From NCBI GenBank assembly GCA_963675745.2, contig CAXXWX010000026.1, forward strand, positions 1-64,000: a stretch of 64,000 bases of DNA, read 5' to 3'. The position numbers and the translations under genes were made by a program. This document shows, piece after piece, positions 32,821 to 43,329 of the stretch. The stretch is from Phycisphaerae bacterium (lineage in GTDB: Bacteria; Planctomycetota; Phycisphaerae; UBA1845; Fen-1342). How positions within the stretch are numbered: position 1 is the stretch's first letter; every line of letters starts with the position of its first letter. Under the pieces are notes generated by a model. It was not told the origin of the DNA. It made no database searches and worked only from the letters and a program-made list of their open reading frames with translations.

Positions 32821-34158
32821 TTACGCCGCGCGTTTGAGCGAGACGATCGGCAGATTCCGCTGGCGATTCAGGAACTCGACCCTCAGTGTGAACTGATCGC
32901 CCGGCTGTCCTGCGATCAGTGCATTTGGCCCGGCGCAGGGTGAGCAGCGCGGCCAGCGAGCGCGTGGCTCGATACGCGGCCGTCCGTTGGCGGGGCGCAG
33001 TCGGAGATAGACCTCGTTCGGCGTCCTGCCTTCCAGCGCTGCGTGAGGACGATGCTTGTTGTACCAGACAAAGAAGTCATCGATCCCCTTGCGAAATCTC
33101 GATCGGCCCTGCGGAACCAGGATGCGGGGCGTGCCCTCGTCTTTCAACGTTCTGATGAAGCGCTCAACGACGGCAATGCTCCCGTGGCGCCCTACCGCTC
33201 CGTACCGCGGCCGAACTCCCCTGCGGCGACACCAGTTCTTGAAGCCCTCGCACCAGAAGATGCTGTCCTTGTCGCAGATCAGGTACTTGGGCGTTGTATT
33301 CGCACGAGCAATCAGCCGGCCCAGGAAGCTACGCACCGCAAGTGAGGTGGGCCGCTTCGGAAAGACCGAGAAGCTCATCGCACGCCGCGAGTAATGGTCA
33401 ATGACAATGGCCAGCCACCAGCAGAACGGCCAGCACTGGGGCAGTGCGAATGGCAGCCAGGGTGCCCAGAGGCCCGCGCGCGTGGGTACCGTAGTGAGAT
33501 CCACGTGCCAGACGTGGTTCGGATGCTTGGCCGTTACTACGCGTTCCGACGGTTCGACTGCATCACGTGGTGCTGGCTGCGGCGGTTCCTTGAGGATCCG
33601 CCCGACGGAGGTTGTACCGAGATGCAGACCTGCACGGCACAGCATCTCAGCGATCTTGCCCTTGCCCAGACTCGGGCACAGGGCCTTCAGACGTTGCACC
33701 ACGTAACGAACGAAGTCTGGGAACCGATTGACCGGCTCGCGGATCTGGATGAGCGCGTTCGCTCCGCCCTCGTCGATGCGCTTCATCCACGAGGCGATCG
33801 TGGCTGCTGTGACGAGGAACGTGTCAGCTGTCTGCTGCGCTGACCAGCCGCGCGAAGCACGGAGTTCGAGAATCGCCATCCGCTCGGTCGGCACGTAGTG
33901 CGGCCTCTTTTGTGGCTCGACCCGCTTCATCCGCGCGCCCTTGATCCGAATCTCCTCCGTGAGCAAGGCTACCTCTTGGCGAAGCCGGCCGTTCTCGGCC
34001 TTGAGACGTAGCCGAGCAATTGGGCTGTCGACCGCCCAACCGCGCGTGTAGGTCATGACGTACTGGGCCAGAGCGATGACCTGCAGCACGGCTGACTTCA
34101 CACGCTGCGGCCAACCCCGCGGGAGCGGGATTCGGGGCGGATCGGGTCGCTTGGACAT
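32821..34158 (-). mobile_element. Integrase-core (rve) DDE transposase-like protein
   Basis: HTH; WHVDLT, ICDKDS, VERFIRTLKDE; WYNKHRPH..LEGRTP. Confidence 0.85.
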
Positions 34159-34312
34159 CGTGCCTCCAAGCCGCGCCGCAGCCATCATAACGGCTTGGAC
34201 GAAAAGACGTTACACGCCGTTGGCAACGGCGCAACTTTCGCTGGACTAGGACAGTTCTTGCTGATTCCGTAACTTGTGAGTGGGCAACACCTTCCGCGCG
34301 CTGAGCTGGTTT

Positions 34313-34329
34313 GGCTCATAACCCGGAGG
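34313..34329 (+). repeat. tRNA-fMet anticodon-arm fragment (att-like) GGCTCATAACCCGGAGG
   Basis: 17-bp exact match to 52986-53002. Confidence 0.7.
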
Positions 34330-34386
34330 GGCAACCTTCTCTGCACATTCACGGAGCGCGCGGCAGTGATTACGGCGCGTCGTCAG

Positions 34387-37300
34387 CTACCCGCCGAGCA
34401 GCGTGACGAATGCGTCGATGTCGCCGTTGTTCGTCCAGCCGTCGCCGTTGATGTCGCCGAGCATGATGTCGCAACCCGGGTACTCATCGGGGTACTCATC
34501 CGGATACGACAAGGCGAACACGAATGCGTCGATGTCGCCGTTGTTGACCCAGCCGTCGCAGTTCAGGTCACCTGCCGCGCACGGAGCGTCGTGGAACACC
34601 CCTGCGATCGGCAACGCCAGATCGTGGCAGGCCAAGGGCGTGGCTGTCACGAGCGCATCACCAGGTCTCACCACCGCCAGCATCGCCTGTGTGAAGATCG
34701 CCTCGTCGTTCCCGAACGTCGCAAACTCGCCCCACCAGTCCCAACCCTGCGGCGGTTCCTCAAGCATCATACCCAGCACCCACAAGCGTCCCGTGCACGG
34801 ATGCTCAACCATGCTCGTCACGTCCCGCATGTTGTCGATCACAACCGCGTCGGACAACGCCTCGTGAAGCACGCCAGCCACCGTGTCGTTGGCACCACGC
34901 TGGATCCAGTAACGCCGCACGGTTGTGCTGGTCGCCCCGTACGATGTCGCCGTGGCAGCGACGTATGCGCACGTGCCATCCCTGGAGAGCGTCAACGCCG
35001 TCGGGCCGCGTACGCCGGGGGCGTTCGGATCGTTCGGATCCAGCAGGCGATAGCGGCTTTCGGCCCCACCGGCGTCGTACACCAACAGCCAGCTGTTGAA
35101 GTTCAGATTCTGGCCACTGATCACAAACGCGTTGCCGTACGCATCCACCTCGATTTCCTTCAGTCGCTGGACGTCGACCACCGACATCTCCGGCGGATCG
35201 CCGTTCTGCGTCGGGTCATTCGCCGGGTTCAGCCCGTAGAGCTGTTCCACCGCATAGGTGCTGCCGCTCAGCCTCAGACGCGCGGCTGCCCGGTAGGTGC
35301 TCCCCGTGGCCGGCTGCACCTCCACCGGCACGACGTACAGCACGTTCGGATCATTCGAACCAAACACCGCGTCCCGTAGCGGCTCGCCGTGCGGCACGTC
35401 GCTGATCACGGCCAGTCCCACCCGCACCTGGCTGTCGCCGTACGGCAGCGGATTGACCGTCGGTGCCAGCACCGTCTGCGCATCTTCCAGTCTGATCAAC
35501 CCCTGCACGCCGTGCAGTTGATGCACCCGACCGGCCGGATCGACGAGCAGACGACCGTTGCCGCGATACTGATTGAACGGCCCACCAGGTGTGCTGGCCG
35601 GCGTCAGCCGAGCATCAGCACTCTGGTTGCGCGCATCGACGGTGTAGAGGAAGTCCTCCTGCAGGCTGTACCCCCAGGCGTCCACCCCGCTCGGCTTGCC
35701 GGCGATCACCAGCCGGTTCGGCGCAATGTTAACCGGACCACGCGTGGAACGCCGCCCGGGTGACCGCTGGTCAGAACCACCACACAGGTCCAGCACGAAC
35801 GGATCGCTAAGGATCGTGTCCCAGAGCAGCACGTCGTCCAGATCGATGAAGCCGTCTTGCGTGACTTGGTCCAGGCACCACTTGGCGTGGCCGGTGCCCG
35901 CGATGTCGAGCGTTTGACCATATTCGCCTAGCACGTACAGGAAGTCCTCTTCGGCCACGCCGTTCGGCGGCCCGAAGTCGCCGCAGTCATCGGTGCTCGA
36001 GCACACGATCTGCGGGTCCCAGTTGTCGATCTGCACCACCGCGTCACCGCCGCGCAGCTTCAGCTCCACGTACGTCCCCCGGCGGAAGTTCAAGCCATTA
36101 CGCGGGAAGCGACCGAAGAACGTGGCGAACCTATTGCTGCCAACCGCACCGGGCAAACCGGCCTGGGGTGGGTACAGCCGGGCGATCTCGACCAGGTTCT
36201 CGCTGACATCCGGCGCGGCGCTGAGATGGACAATCAGTACCGTGTTGGGATCGGGCGCCGCCGTGAAGCGGTAGTCGAACGCCACGATGATCTGATGCTC
36301 ACCCGCCCGGGCGAAGGCACCCTTGGCGGCTACCGAACTGGCTGGTTGCATCTCAGCACCACGCGTCCGCACCTCCATCGCGTGATTGTTCGGATCACCG
36401 GGTAGCGGGGCAGACACACGCTCGATCTGGCCCACGCGATTGGGCGGGAGCGGTGGATCTGGCTGTGGGTCATTCGGGTCGATTACCCGTTTCCGTACGC
36501 GGATGCGGAACTCCTCGTCATCCTCCATCGAAATGACCTTCAGCGAAAAACCCAGCAGTGGCACGTCCACGATTCGGCTGCCGTTCTCCATCGGCGCCGC
36601 CGGATCGTTCGGATCGCGCGTCAGCGAAATCTCCAGGCCGTTCGGGTCCACGCCGACCAGTTCCTCGTAGTACAACGTCTGCAACGCCGTGTTCAGAACC
36701 GCGCCCGGATGTAGCTTTAGCGTGCGGACGTAAACCGTCTCCGGGTAGTTGGGATCCAGCTGAAAGTCAAAGCCCTGCCGGTTGGTCAGGCTTACCTTGC
36801 ATTCGGGCAGGATCTCCAGCGTCTCGAGCACCCAATTTTCAGAGGGATCTTCGGTGAACCCGGGACTGCCGATGGCCTGGAAAGCGCCTGAGGTGCAATC
36901 CGGGTTGTAGGGGCCGCCGCAGTCGAAGTCCTGGGCGCGCAGCTCCAGCAGCTCGCCGCGCTCGCCTTCAGCGCCCTGCGTGATCAGCACATGGATGTAG
37001 TTGTACTGGAGTGTGGGGCGCTGATCCTCCGGGTCGTTCGGATCAGGATCGAGGTCCAGGTAGCGGTCACCCTCGGACACGATGTAGTTGCAGCGGATCA
37101 GTGAGTTACCCTCAACCCAGAACTCGCCGCCGAAACCCTCGCTCGACTCCAGCAGGAAGATGTTGTTGTTAACAATGTCATTGTGGCCGGCGAAGTCGGC
37201 CAGCTTGACGTCCACGTTCGTGTTCTGGATCGTCGCGTCGCGTACGACCAACGCGCCCTCGATCGTGATCGTACCCCACTGATCGGCTTGGCTGGGATCC

Positions 37301-40300
37301 GCACAACCACTGCCGGTGTGGCCGCTCAGGTCAACTGTGGCGCCCTGCTCAATCCGCAGTTCCGCCTCCGGCTCGATCCAGATGTTACCTGTGCCCGTGA
37401 TGTCCGTCCGGAAGATGGTCGCCGAAGTCTCGGCCGATTGGGTCACCAACAGCAGCGTGCCGTCGGCCAAGTTCAGTGTGCCCGAACCGGTGAACCAACT
37501 CTGCTCGACCAACAGCTCGCCGGTCTCCACGTGCAACTGGCCGCTCAGATACGCGTGGCTGGATGCTATACGGCCGGCGCTTCCCGTCGGTGCGGCATTG
37601 TAGCGCAACGTCACGTTCTCGAGCGTCGGAGATCCGTAGGAGCTGACGAGGCCACCGCCCGAACTCGTCGCGGAGCAACCCTCCAACGTGCAGCTGCGCA
37701 GCATCAAGCGGTCGAACCTCAGACGGACCGCGCCGCCGGAATCGGCAGCGCCGTAGCGCACCACAAAACCCTCGAGAGTGCTTAGTCCATGTCCGAGTGA
37801 ATCGGGGTCGATTACCCGGCCGGCGCCGCCGCAGTCGACCACCGTTGGGCCGGGCTGCTCGTAGGCGCGAACGACAATCGACTGATCATGAAAGTCCAAC
37901 TCGAAGTTGCCCGCGCCTGAGTACGTCCCAGCCGCGACGAGCACCGTGTCGCCTTCGGCGACGACATCGAGTGCCGCTTGGATCGTCCGCTTGGGGCCGA
38001 CAATACCACCCTGATGCGTCGGCCATGAGCCATCCCAGCCGTCGTCGCCGAGGAGGCTGACGTACCAGGCATTGCCTGCCGGATTACTGCCGTAACGCTC
38101 ATGTTCGGCCACGTTGACGATCCCGTCACCATCGAAATCGCCGTTTGGGTCGCCCGCGTTCGGATCGCCGAAATACTCTAGCTCCCACCAGTCTGGCAGA
38201 GTGTCGCCGTCGGAGTCCAGAAACTCATCGGCCCCGATGTCAACACTCGTACCGAGCACGCGAGCGTCACCGTCGATGTCATAGGGAATCGGTTCGTTCA
38301 CATCCTCATCGGCGTCGAGGTCAAGCCAGTCCAGCGGCAACGCGGCGGTGCTGCCGGCGTCAATGCACGGCGAGCCCGCCGTGAGATGCCCATCGGGTGT
38401 GAGCAGCGGATCAGCATCGAGATTCCCATCCCCCGGCCAGCCGCCCCGCACATCGCAGTGATTGAGGAGGACATTGGCGGAAACGACGTAGATCTCTTGT
38501 GGGCTGTCGCCCCACAGAATGCAGTTGGTCAGCGTCGCATCGCCCGACCAGCAGTAGACGCCACCACCGACATCGTTGGCTGCGTTACCGCTGATCGTGC
38601 AATTCACGAGCGACGGGCTGCTCGCGCCCTCGGAGAAGATGCCACCGCCACGGTAACTTGACGTGTTCCCATTGATCGTGCAGTTCGTCAGCGTTGGGCT
38701 ACCGTAGGCACAGTAGACACCGCCGCCGGGGCCGGCGGTGTTCCCGCTGATTGCACAGTTGGTCAGTGTCGGGCTGCTGCCATCTCGGCAGGCGACGCCG
38801 CCGCCGTAGGCAGCCGTGTTCCCGTTCCCCATGATCGCGCAGTTGGCCAGCGTCGGGCTGCTGCCACCTTGGCAGAAGACGCCGGCGCCGTACACAGCGA
38901 TACCGTTCACAATCGTCAGATCTGCTAAGACCGAATCTGCTCCCTCGCCGCTGCGGAAGTTGAACCCACGGCTGGCTTCCTCGCAGTCGATGATACACAA
39001 CCTGGGGTCGCGGGAGGCACCGCGCACGGTGATCGCCTTGCCGCGGAAATCGAGTCCGCGGTTGCCTGTGCCTGTGTACGTGCCGTCGGCAATCTCCACG
39101 ATCTCACCGTCGTAAGCTGCATCGATTGCCGCCTGGATCGTTGGAAAATACGCCGGCACCTGCAATGGACCAGCCGGATATACGTCAAGCGTCACGTTGA
39201 TGGCCCGCGGCGAATTGACTGCCGTGGGGGCGCTCACCATGATCTCGGCGGCGTAGCTGCCGGGTGTTAGGCCACTACTGTCGGCTCCGAGCTGTATCTC
39301 GTCGACCTCGCCACTTGACTCTCCTTCAGTCGGCAACACAGAAAGCCACGAAGGCGCACCGGTAATCGTCCAGTCCATGGATCCGTCACCGTAGTTTTGA
39401 AGCGCGAGAAACTGCTGAGGCGGCGTTCCACCTTCCTGCAACCTGAATGCGAAGTCGGTTGCGCTGAGAGCCAGCCATGGTCCCGGTCCGGCCACGCCAA
39501 ACTCGAATGCGCCCATATCAGCGAGCGCTATACCACTTCCGTCCCCATCGATGGGACGCGGATTGCCGTCCAGATCGCCAGCCGGCAGGCCGCCGGCAGG
39601 TGAGTTGGTTCCGGCGTCGATGCACGGTGATGCGGCGCTAAGCCGGTAATCGTTGTCTTCCCACGTGTTTGGATCGTTGTCGGGACCGTCAGGGTCGACA
39701 AACAGTGGGTCGGCGTCGATGTTGCCCGTCCCCGGCCAGCCGCCCTGGACGTTGCAGTTCACGACGGTCGGGGTGCTGTTGACATCGTACAGGTGGATTT
39801 CCTCTGGTGCATCGCCCCACAGGTTGCAATTCGTCAGCGTGGGACCGCTATCGTAACAAAAGACGCCGCCACCGTTGGTGTTCTCGCTGATCGTGCAGTT
39901 TGTCAGAGTCGGACTACTGTAGTTCAGGGCGACGCCTCCGCCCGTGTTCCCGCTGATGCTGCAGTTAGTCAGCACCGCGTCGCACCACACACACCACACG
40001 CCACCGGCGCCGAGCGACGAGTTCCCACTGATGGTACAGTTAGTCAGCGTAGGGTCGCATTCGTCCACACTGACGCCGCCACCGAGAAACGCTGTGACGT
40101 TCTCGCTGATTGCGCAGTTCGTCAGAGTTGCATCGCTCCTGTAGCAATGGACACCGCCGCCTTCGCTGCTGCCGCCCATTACAAGATTCCCGCTGATGGT
40201 GCAGTCAATCAGCGTCGGCTCACTATAGGAGCAGTAGACGCCGCCACCGGCGCTTCTGTTGCCCGTGCCAGAGTTCCCGCTGATTGTGCAGTTCGTCAGA

Positions 40301-41202
40301 GTCGGGTCGCTACGGCTGCAAAAGATGCCGCCACCATCGGACGAGGCCAAGTTCACGCTGATCGTGCAATTGGACAGCGATGGGCTGCTGTTGGACAAGT
40401 AGACACCGCTGCCTGATGACGCCGAATTGTCGCTGATCGTGCAGTTCGTCAGCGTCGGGTAGCTGTAGTGGCTGCAATAGATCCCGCCGCCGAACCAACT
40501 CGCCGAATTGTCACTGACTACGCAGTTCGTCAGTGTCGCGCGGCTGTCATCACGGCAGCGGACGGCGGCGCCGTATTCAGCCGAATTGCCACCAATTGTG
40601 CAGTCGATTAGCGTCGCATCGCTTTCGTAGCAATGGACGCCGCCGCCGTACGCGGCGTAATTCCCACTGACAATGCACTGCCTGAGTAGTGGATCGCTGC
40701 CGGCGCAGTAGATTCCTCCGGCGTAGGAGTGGAAGTTGCCGTCACCATCCGGATCTTCGTCGGCGCCGTATCCGTTCATTATCGTCAGTCCCTCGACGAT
40801 CGAATCCGGACCTTCGCCACTGTCAAAATAGAATCCGCGATGCGGCTCATTCGGGGCAGCCTGGCAGTCGATCACACACGTTGCCGGGTCGCCCGATGCA
40901 CTCCGCACGGTGATCGCCTTGCCACCGAAATCCAGGTCACGATTGCCGTCACCTGTGAACGTGCCATCGAGCAGCACGACCTCGTCACCGTCGACGGCAA
41001 CATCAATCGCCTGCTGAATCGCATCGAACGGGTGCGTGGCCGATCCGTCCTCGTTCGGGTCGCTGATCAGTGGGTCCCCCGGCCCCGGGTCATTCGGCGC
41101 GTCGTCATCGACATACCACACGCCACCGAGTGCCACCCCAGCCGCCAGACAGCTCAACCAGATCGCCACGGCGTAGCGCCATTCGTTTCGTCGCCCGGAC
41201 AT
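34387..41202 (-). CDS. Giant secreted right-handed beta-helix repeat protein (2271 aa) with C-terminal dockerin-like domain
   Basis: Signal peptide; many GGGxxC...PTLTNCTISGN repeats; choice-of-anchor-Q-like DPLF...SPCIDAG; BACON-like segment; DSDGDTLPDWWE; dockerin-like tail. Confidence 0.9.
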   Translation of the reverse strand: MSGRRNEWRYAVAIWLSCLAAGVALGGVWYVDDDAPNDPGPGDPLISDPNEDGSATHPFDAIQQAIDVAVDGDEVVLLDGTFTGDGNRDLDFGGKAITVRSASGDPATCVIDCQAAPNEPHRGFYFDSGEGPDSIVEGLTIMNGYGADEDPDGDGNFHSYAGGIYCAGSDPLLRQCIVSGNYAAYGGGVHCYESDATLIDCTIGGNSAEYGAAVRCRDDSRATLTNCVVSDNSASWFGGGIYCSHYSYPTLTNCTISDNSASSGSGVYLSNSSPSLSNCTISVNLASSDGGGIFCSRSDPTLTNCTISGNSGTGNRSAGGGVYCSYSEPTLIDCTISGNLVMGGSSEGGGVHCYRSDATLTNCAISENVTAFLGGGVSVDECDPTLTNCTISGNSSLGAGGVWCVWCDAVLTNCSISGNTGGGVALNYSSPTLTNCTISENTNGGGVFCYDSGPTLTNCNLWGDAPEEIHLYDVNSTPTVVNCNVQGGWPGTGNIDADPLFVDPDGPDNDPNTWEDNDYRLSAASPCIDAGTNSPAGGLPAGDLDGNPRPIDGDGSGIALADMGAFEFGVAGPGPWLALSATDFAFRLQEGGTPPQQFLALQNYGDGSMDWTITGAPSWLSVLPTEGESSGEVDEIQLGADSSGLTPGSYAAEIMVSAPTAVNSPRAINVTLDVYPAGPLQVPAYFPTIQAAIDAAYDGEIVEIADGTYTGTGNRGLDFRGKAITVRGASRDPRLCIIDCEEASRGFNFRSGEGADSVLADLTIVNGIAVYGAGVFCQGGSSPTLANCAIMGNGNTAAYGGGVACRDGSSPTLTNCAISGNTAGPGGGVYCAYGSPTLTNCTINGNTSSYRGGGIFSEGASSPSLVNCTISGNAANDVGGGVYCWSGDATLTNCILWGDSPQEIYVVSANVLLNHCDVRGGWPGDGNLDADPLLTPDGHLTAGSPCIDAGSTAALPLDWLDLDADEDVNEPIPYDIDGDARVLGTSVDIGADEFLDSDGDTLPDWWELEYFGDPNAGDPNGDFDGDGIVNVAEHERYGSNPAGNAWYVSLLGDDGWDGSWPTHQGGIVGPKRTIQAALDVVAEGDTVLVAAGTYSGAGNFELDFHDQSIVVRAYEQPGPTVVDCGGAGRVIDPDSLGHGLSTLEGFVVRYGAADSGGAVRLRFDRLMLRSCTLEGCSATSSGGGLVSSYGSPTLENVTLRYNAAPTGSAGRIASSHAYLSGQLHVETGELLVEQSWFTGSGTLNLADGTLLLVTQSAETSATIFRTDITGTGNIWIEPEAELRIEQGATVDLSGHTGSGCADPSQADQWGTITIEGALVVRDATIQNTNVDVKLADFAGHNDIVNNNIFLLESSEGFGGEFWVEGNSLIRCNYIVSEGDRYLDLDPDPNDPEDQRPTLQYNYIHVLITQGAEGERGELLELRAQDFDCGGPYNPDCTSGAFQAIGSPGFTEDPSENWVLETLEILPECKVSLTNRQGFDFQLDPNYPETVYVRTLKLHPGAVLNTALQTLYYEELVGVDPNGLEISLTRDPNDPAAPMENGSRIVDVPLLGFSLKVISMEDDEEFRIRVRKRVIDPNDPQPDPPLPPNRVGQIERVSAPLPGDPNNHAMEVRTRGAEMQPASSVAAKGAFARAGEHQIIVAFDYRFTAAPDPNTVLIVHLSAAPDVSENLVEIARLYPPQAGLPGAVGSNRFATFFGRFPRNGLNFRRGTYVELKLRGGDAVVQIDNWDPQIVCSSTDDCGDFGPPNGVAEEDFLYVLGEYGQTLDIAGTGHAKWCLDQVTQDGFIDLDDVLLWDTILSDPFVLDLCGGSDQRSPGRRSTRGPVNIAPNRLVIAGKPSGVDAWGYSLQEDFLYTVDARNQSADARLTPASTPGGPFNQYRGNGRLLVDPAGRVHQLHGVQGLIRLEDAQTVLAPTVNPLPYGDSQVRVGLAVISDVPHGEPLRDAVFGSNDPNVLYVVPVEVQPATGSTYRAAARLRLSGSTYAVEQLYGLNPANDPTQNGDPPEMSVVDVQRLKEIEVDAYGNAFVISGQNLNFNSWLLVYDAGGAESRYRLLDPNDPNAPGVRGPTALTLSRDGTCAYVAATATSYGATSTTVRRYWIQRGANDTVAGVLHEALSDAVVIDNMRDVTSMVEHPCTGRLWVLGMMLEEPPQGWDWWGEFATFGNDEAIFTQAMLAVVRPGDALVTATPLACHDLALPIAGVFHDAPCAAGDLNCDGWVNNGDIDAFVFALSYPDEYPDEYPGCDIMLGDINGDGWTNNGDIDAFVTLLGG
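34397..37044. repeat. About 2.65-kb apparently identical direct repeat, copy 1 (partner 45967-48614)
   Basis: Constant offset of 11570; six-frame ORF translations in the two regions are identical; first difference seen at 37045/48615. Confidence 0.9.
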
Positions 41203-41595
41203 CGCCCACCTTCCTGCTTGACTTGCCCTGGATCAGCTAAGCCTGCGGCAGCGACCACCACTGACGCGGCGCGATTCACGCATCGAAGTCCTATTGCAGA
41301 CCGCCCCAGCGATCTTGCACGAATCGCCCCAGATTTATGCCGCAGGCCAGCGCGACGCGCCATCGGAGCCACTGTTTCCCGCCGCCCGGAGCGGTCTACA
41401 CGTCCAATATACCCCCTCGGCGACTGGATCAGAAAGGACAATGTCGCTGGCGCAGTCCACATCCACACACCATCAACCGCCGCGGCTGGCACAGCCAACC
41501 AGGCACCGCGCTGCAAATCATGCGTCGTCGCCTGTTTACGTGTTTACGTGAAAGGGGCCCCGATCGCGGCAGACGCTGATGTCCTAAGCGTAGGG

Positions 41596-42267
41596 CTATG
41601 ACCGCCTGCGTGGATGCAGCAGGGCGAAAGCGGCCAGGAGCGTCAATGATGCGGGTTCGGGCACGATCAGCGAGAACTTGTGATTCTGCGGCATGCCGCC
41701 GTCATCGATTCCCGGCAGGGCATCGCCGGTGGTACCAATCGTAGGGGCGCCACCGCTCACGAACCAACCCGCGGACGTGTCCGCGCCAACACCGAGGGCG
41801 AGGATCCCCGCCGCCGGGATCGAGATCGGCGCATCCAGCGTCAGCGTCCAGAGATACCAGCCGGTCTGGCCGCTCGGCAGGTCGACCTCGAACCCACTAA
41901 AGTACTGCTGGTCAGAGTCGTAGAAGTCGAACAGAAGTGTGCTGCCGCTGCTCCCGCCAGCAATGCCTCCCAAGAACTGGAGCCTGACCAGTTCGCCCGT
42001 CGTGTCGACGGGAAGCGTGCTGACATAGTCGTCGCGTGAGAGATACATGTTTGGATCATCGCCGGGCACAAGCAGGCCACTTCCTATATCGAGCTTCGAG
42101 TACACGGATTGCTCGCTCCGCGCGGCCCACGAGGTCACCGACGCGGTGGCTGATGCGCGCATGATGGTCGTATTGACTGACCGATGATCGATACGATCAG
42201 CAAACGATGCTGACACCACACTGGTCATCACGATTCCGATTGCGGCGTTCATTGATCGCTTGTTCAT
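41596..42267 (-). CDS. PEP-CTERM sorting domain secreted protein
   Basis: Signal peptide; IVPEPASLTLLAAFALLHPRRR. Confidence 0.88.
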   Translation of the reverse strand: MNKRSMNAAIGIVMTSVVSASFADRIDHRSVNTTIMRASATASVTSWAARSEQSVYSKLDIGSGLLVPGDDPNMYLSRDDYVSTLPVDTTGELVRLQFLGGIAGGSSGSTLLFDFYDSDQQYFSGFEVDLPSGQTGWYLWTLTLDAPISIPAAGILALGVGADTSAGWFVSGGAPTIGTTGDALPGIDDGGMPQNHKFSLIVPEPASLTLLAAFALLHPRRRS

Positions 42268-42494
42268 CAGCTCACCCCTTTCGTGCCGCGCGGCACGTAT
42301 TTCACACCTGTTTTACGGGCATCACCAGCAACGCTAACACTCCCCCGAGGCCACCGTGATAACGGCGGCTAAGTACCGGTGCGCGCGTACGCCCTCATTG
42401 CGTTATAGGCTCCGTCGTGGGCACAATTCAAACGCGGCCTTCCACCACCGCGGTGAATCTGCTGTACACGCAGCACCTGCCTTGTCCACCCTGC

Positions 42495-43325
42495 TCAGGG
42501 CCATTGCGACAGTTGTTGGCAGTCGTACGCCTCATTGGCGAGTTCCGCGTATGGAATAGTCGTATAGTCGCTGCAGGTGTGGATCCCTTTGCGAATCAGC
42601 GTGAACGCCACGTGCCCATCCATGAATGCGACATTGTGCGTGTCCGTGCGATGGTGCCATTCGATGGGCTCAGCGGTGTCAGTCCGCCAGGCATCAACCC
42701 AGCCAGCGTCGCCCATGAGGGCGAGTCGGCTAGTGTCTTGTATGTCGGATTGGTTGAGTTCGGACAAACGGTTGCTGATACGCTCAAAAACCTGATCGCA
42801 GGGGTCATCCGGGGGCCATTTGAACGGGAGCTTGCCGATGATCATGTGGTTCGTGCGATAACTTGTGCCGTAGTAATCGAAGTTTGTGGGGCGCACACTC
42901 TCGCTTCCGCGGTCGGAGGGGCAGAGGAAGACCTCCGTGCCCAGAGCGTCCTGCCGCGGGCCACCGGGTCCAAGCAGCGTGCCGACGATTGGGTCGAGTT
43001 TGAGCGTGCTGTTGAGCGGCTTTGGCACAGGGAAGCGCGGGTCGCCCCCGTAGAACCGGGACCCGGCGCCCTGCTGTCCGCCGTAGTTGTAATCCAGGTT
43101 GAGTCCACGGGGGAAGCGCCCGCTGTACTCATCCAGGTACATGCTCCAAGCCTGGGCGAGGTTGCGCAGATTGACTTGGCACTTGACGCGGCGCGCTTGG
43201 TAACGGACTTGCTGCAGCGTGGGAAGCAGGATCGCCACCAGCAGCGCGATGATGGCCACGACGACCAGTAGCTCAATCAACGTAAACGCCGCTCGTGCCT
43301 TCAGACCGTGTGAGATGCGCCGCAT
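42495..43325 (-). CDS. Prepilin-type N-terminal cleavage/methylation protein (DUF1559-type, H-X9-DG-like C-terminus)
   Basis: [23 protein letters not shown]...[20 protein letters not shown]; start lies 4 nt after the kinase stop. Confidence 0.9.
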   Translation of the reverse strand: MRRISHGLKARAAFTLIELLVVVAIIALLVAILLPTLQQVRYQARRVKCQVNLRNLAQAWSMYLDEYSGRFPRGLNLDYNYGGQQGAGSRFYGGDPRFPVPKPLNSTLKLDPIVGTLLGPGGPRQDALGTEVFLCPSDRGSESVRPTNFDYYGTSYRTNHMIIGKLPFKWPPDDPCDQVFERISNRLSELNQSDIQDTSRLALMGDAGWVDAWRTDTAEPIEWHHRTDTHNVAFMDGHVAFTLIRKGIHTCSDYTTIPYAELANEAYDCQQLSQWP

Positions 43326-43329
43326 CGTC

